DNA from: Paramicrosporidium saccamoebae KSL3
Taxonomy: Eukaryota; Fungi; Cryptomycota
NCBI GenBank assembly: GCA_002794465.1
Contig: MTSL01000079.1
Coordinates: forward strand, 657 to 7,810
Length of the DNA stretch: 7,154 nucleotides
Direction of reading: 5' to 3'
This document shows, piece after piece, positions 6,693 through 7,154 of this stretch; the first letter of the stretch is position 1; each line of letters begins with the position of its first letter. The position numbers were made by a program, and so were the translations under genes. The notes under the pieces are model-generated. The model did no database searches, was not told the DNA's origin, and was given only the letters and a program-made list of their open reading frames with translations.

Positions 6693-7154
6693 CTACTTTA
6701 CACCACTGTACCGTCGTCTGCTGTTGATATCGCAAAACTCAAATTCCTTAAAGGAAGTGTCCACATTTCCATCCGGGAAATCATAACTCATCTTTAATTC
6801 ATCTAATTGCGAGAGTTTGGGTCGGGCAATATTCTGGAACAGACTGGGTGTGATGCTCGTAATGGTAAACTTGATCCCTTGCTGGCGTTGCAGGTCGTTA
6901 ACCAGTCTTGGGTAATATGTGTCATGTGACTTTATCATTGACAGCGAATTCTGACTCACCGAGGTCTGATATGCCGAATCGAGTAGTAGTGAATAGTCGG
7001 CCATCCTTTTGCGCGAATACAGATTGGCCACTGCCAAATAACCCGTGTCCACAGAAGTAATACCACGACCAGATGGGAAAAAGTTGGGTCTTCCTAGCAG
7101 GGTCAGTCCAATATAAAAGCTGAGAATAAGGATTGCAATAGTGGGGATGCTGGG
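6693..7154 (-). CDS. 3' part of an unidentified membrane protein (5' end lies beyond the window)
   Basis: Frame is open from the window edge: PSIPTIAILILSFYIGLTLLGRPNFFPSGRGITSVDTGYLAV...YSGVK*. The ORF-track start at 7052 is an internal GTG. One hydrophobic segment is followed by a ~130-aa soluble tail. Family not recognised. Confidence 0.7.
   Translation of the reverse strand, partial: PSIPTIAILILSFYIGLTLLGRPNFFPSGRGITSVDTGYLAVANLYSRKRMADYSLLLDSAYQTSVSQNSLSMIKSHDTYYPRLVNDLQRQQGIKFTITSITPSLFQNIARPKLSQLDELKMSYDFPDGNVDTSFKEFEFCDINSRRRYSGVK

Overview
Gene-dense eukaryotic window with very short intergenic regions and 29-34 nt spliceosomal introns. This architecture suggests a reduced fungal-relative parasite such as Rozellomycota or an early-branching microsporidian; the taxon is inferred, not shown. 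Left half (accessory-like): an intact minus-strand 648-aa ankyrin-like repeat protein with a predicted signal peptide (227..2173). It is flanked by a diverged ~100-bp direct repeat (period ~2.3 kb) and faces a head-to-head, 5'-truncated, doubly frameshifted paralog (2449..4178). Right half (mostly core genes): SAR1 GTPase (4323..4932, one 34-nt intron); a CCAAT-dense intergenic region with a 25-bp direct repeat; a 63-aa single-TM microprotein (5194..5385); NAD-dependent glycerol-3-phosphate dehydrogenase (5441..6549, introns of 29 and 30 nt); and the 3' part of an unidentified membrane protein running off the window. Several ORF-track starts are GTG/TTG artefacts and are corrected here. No RNA genes, CRISPR arrays or recognisable transposons were seen.
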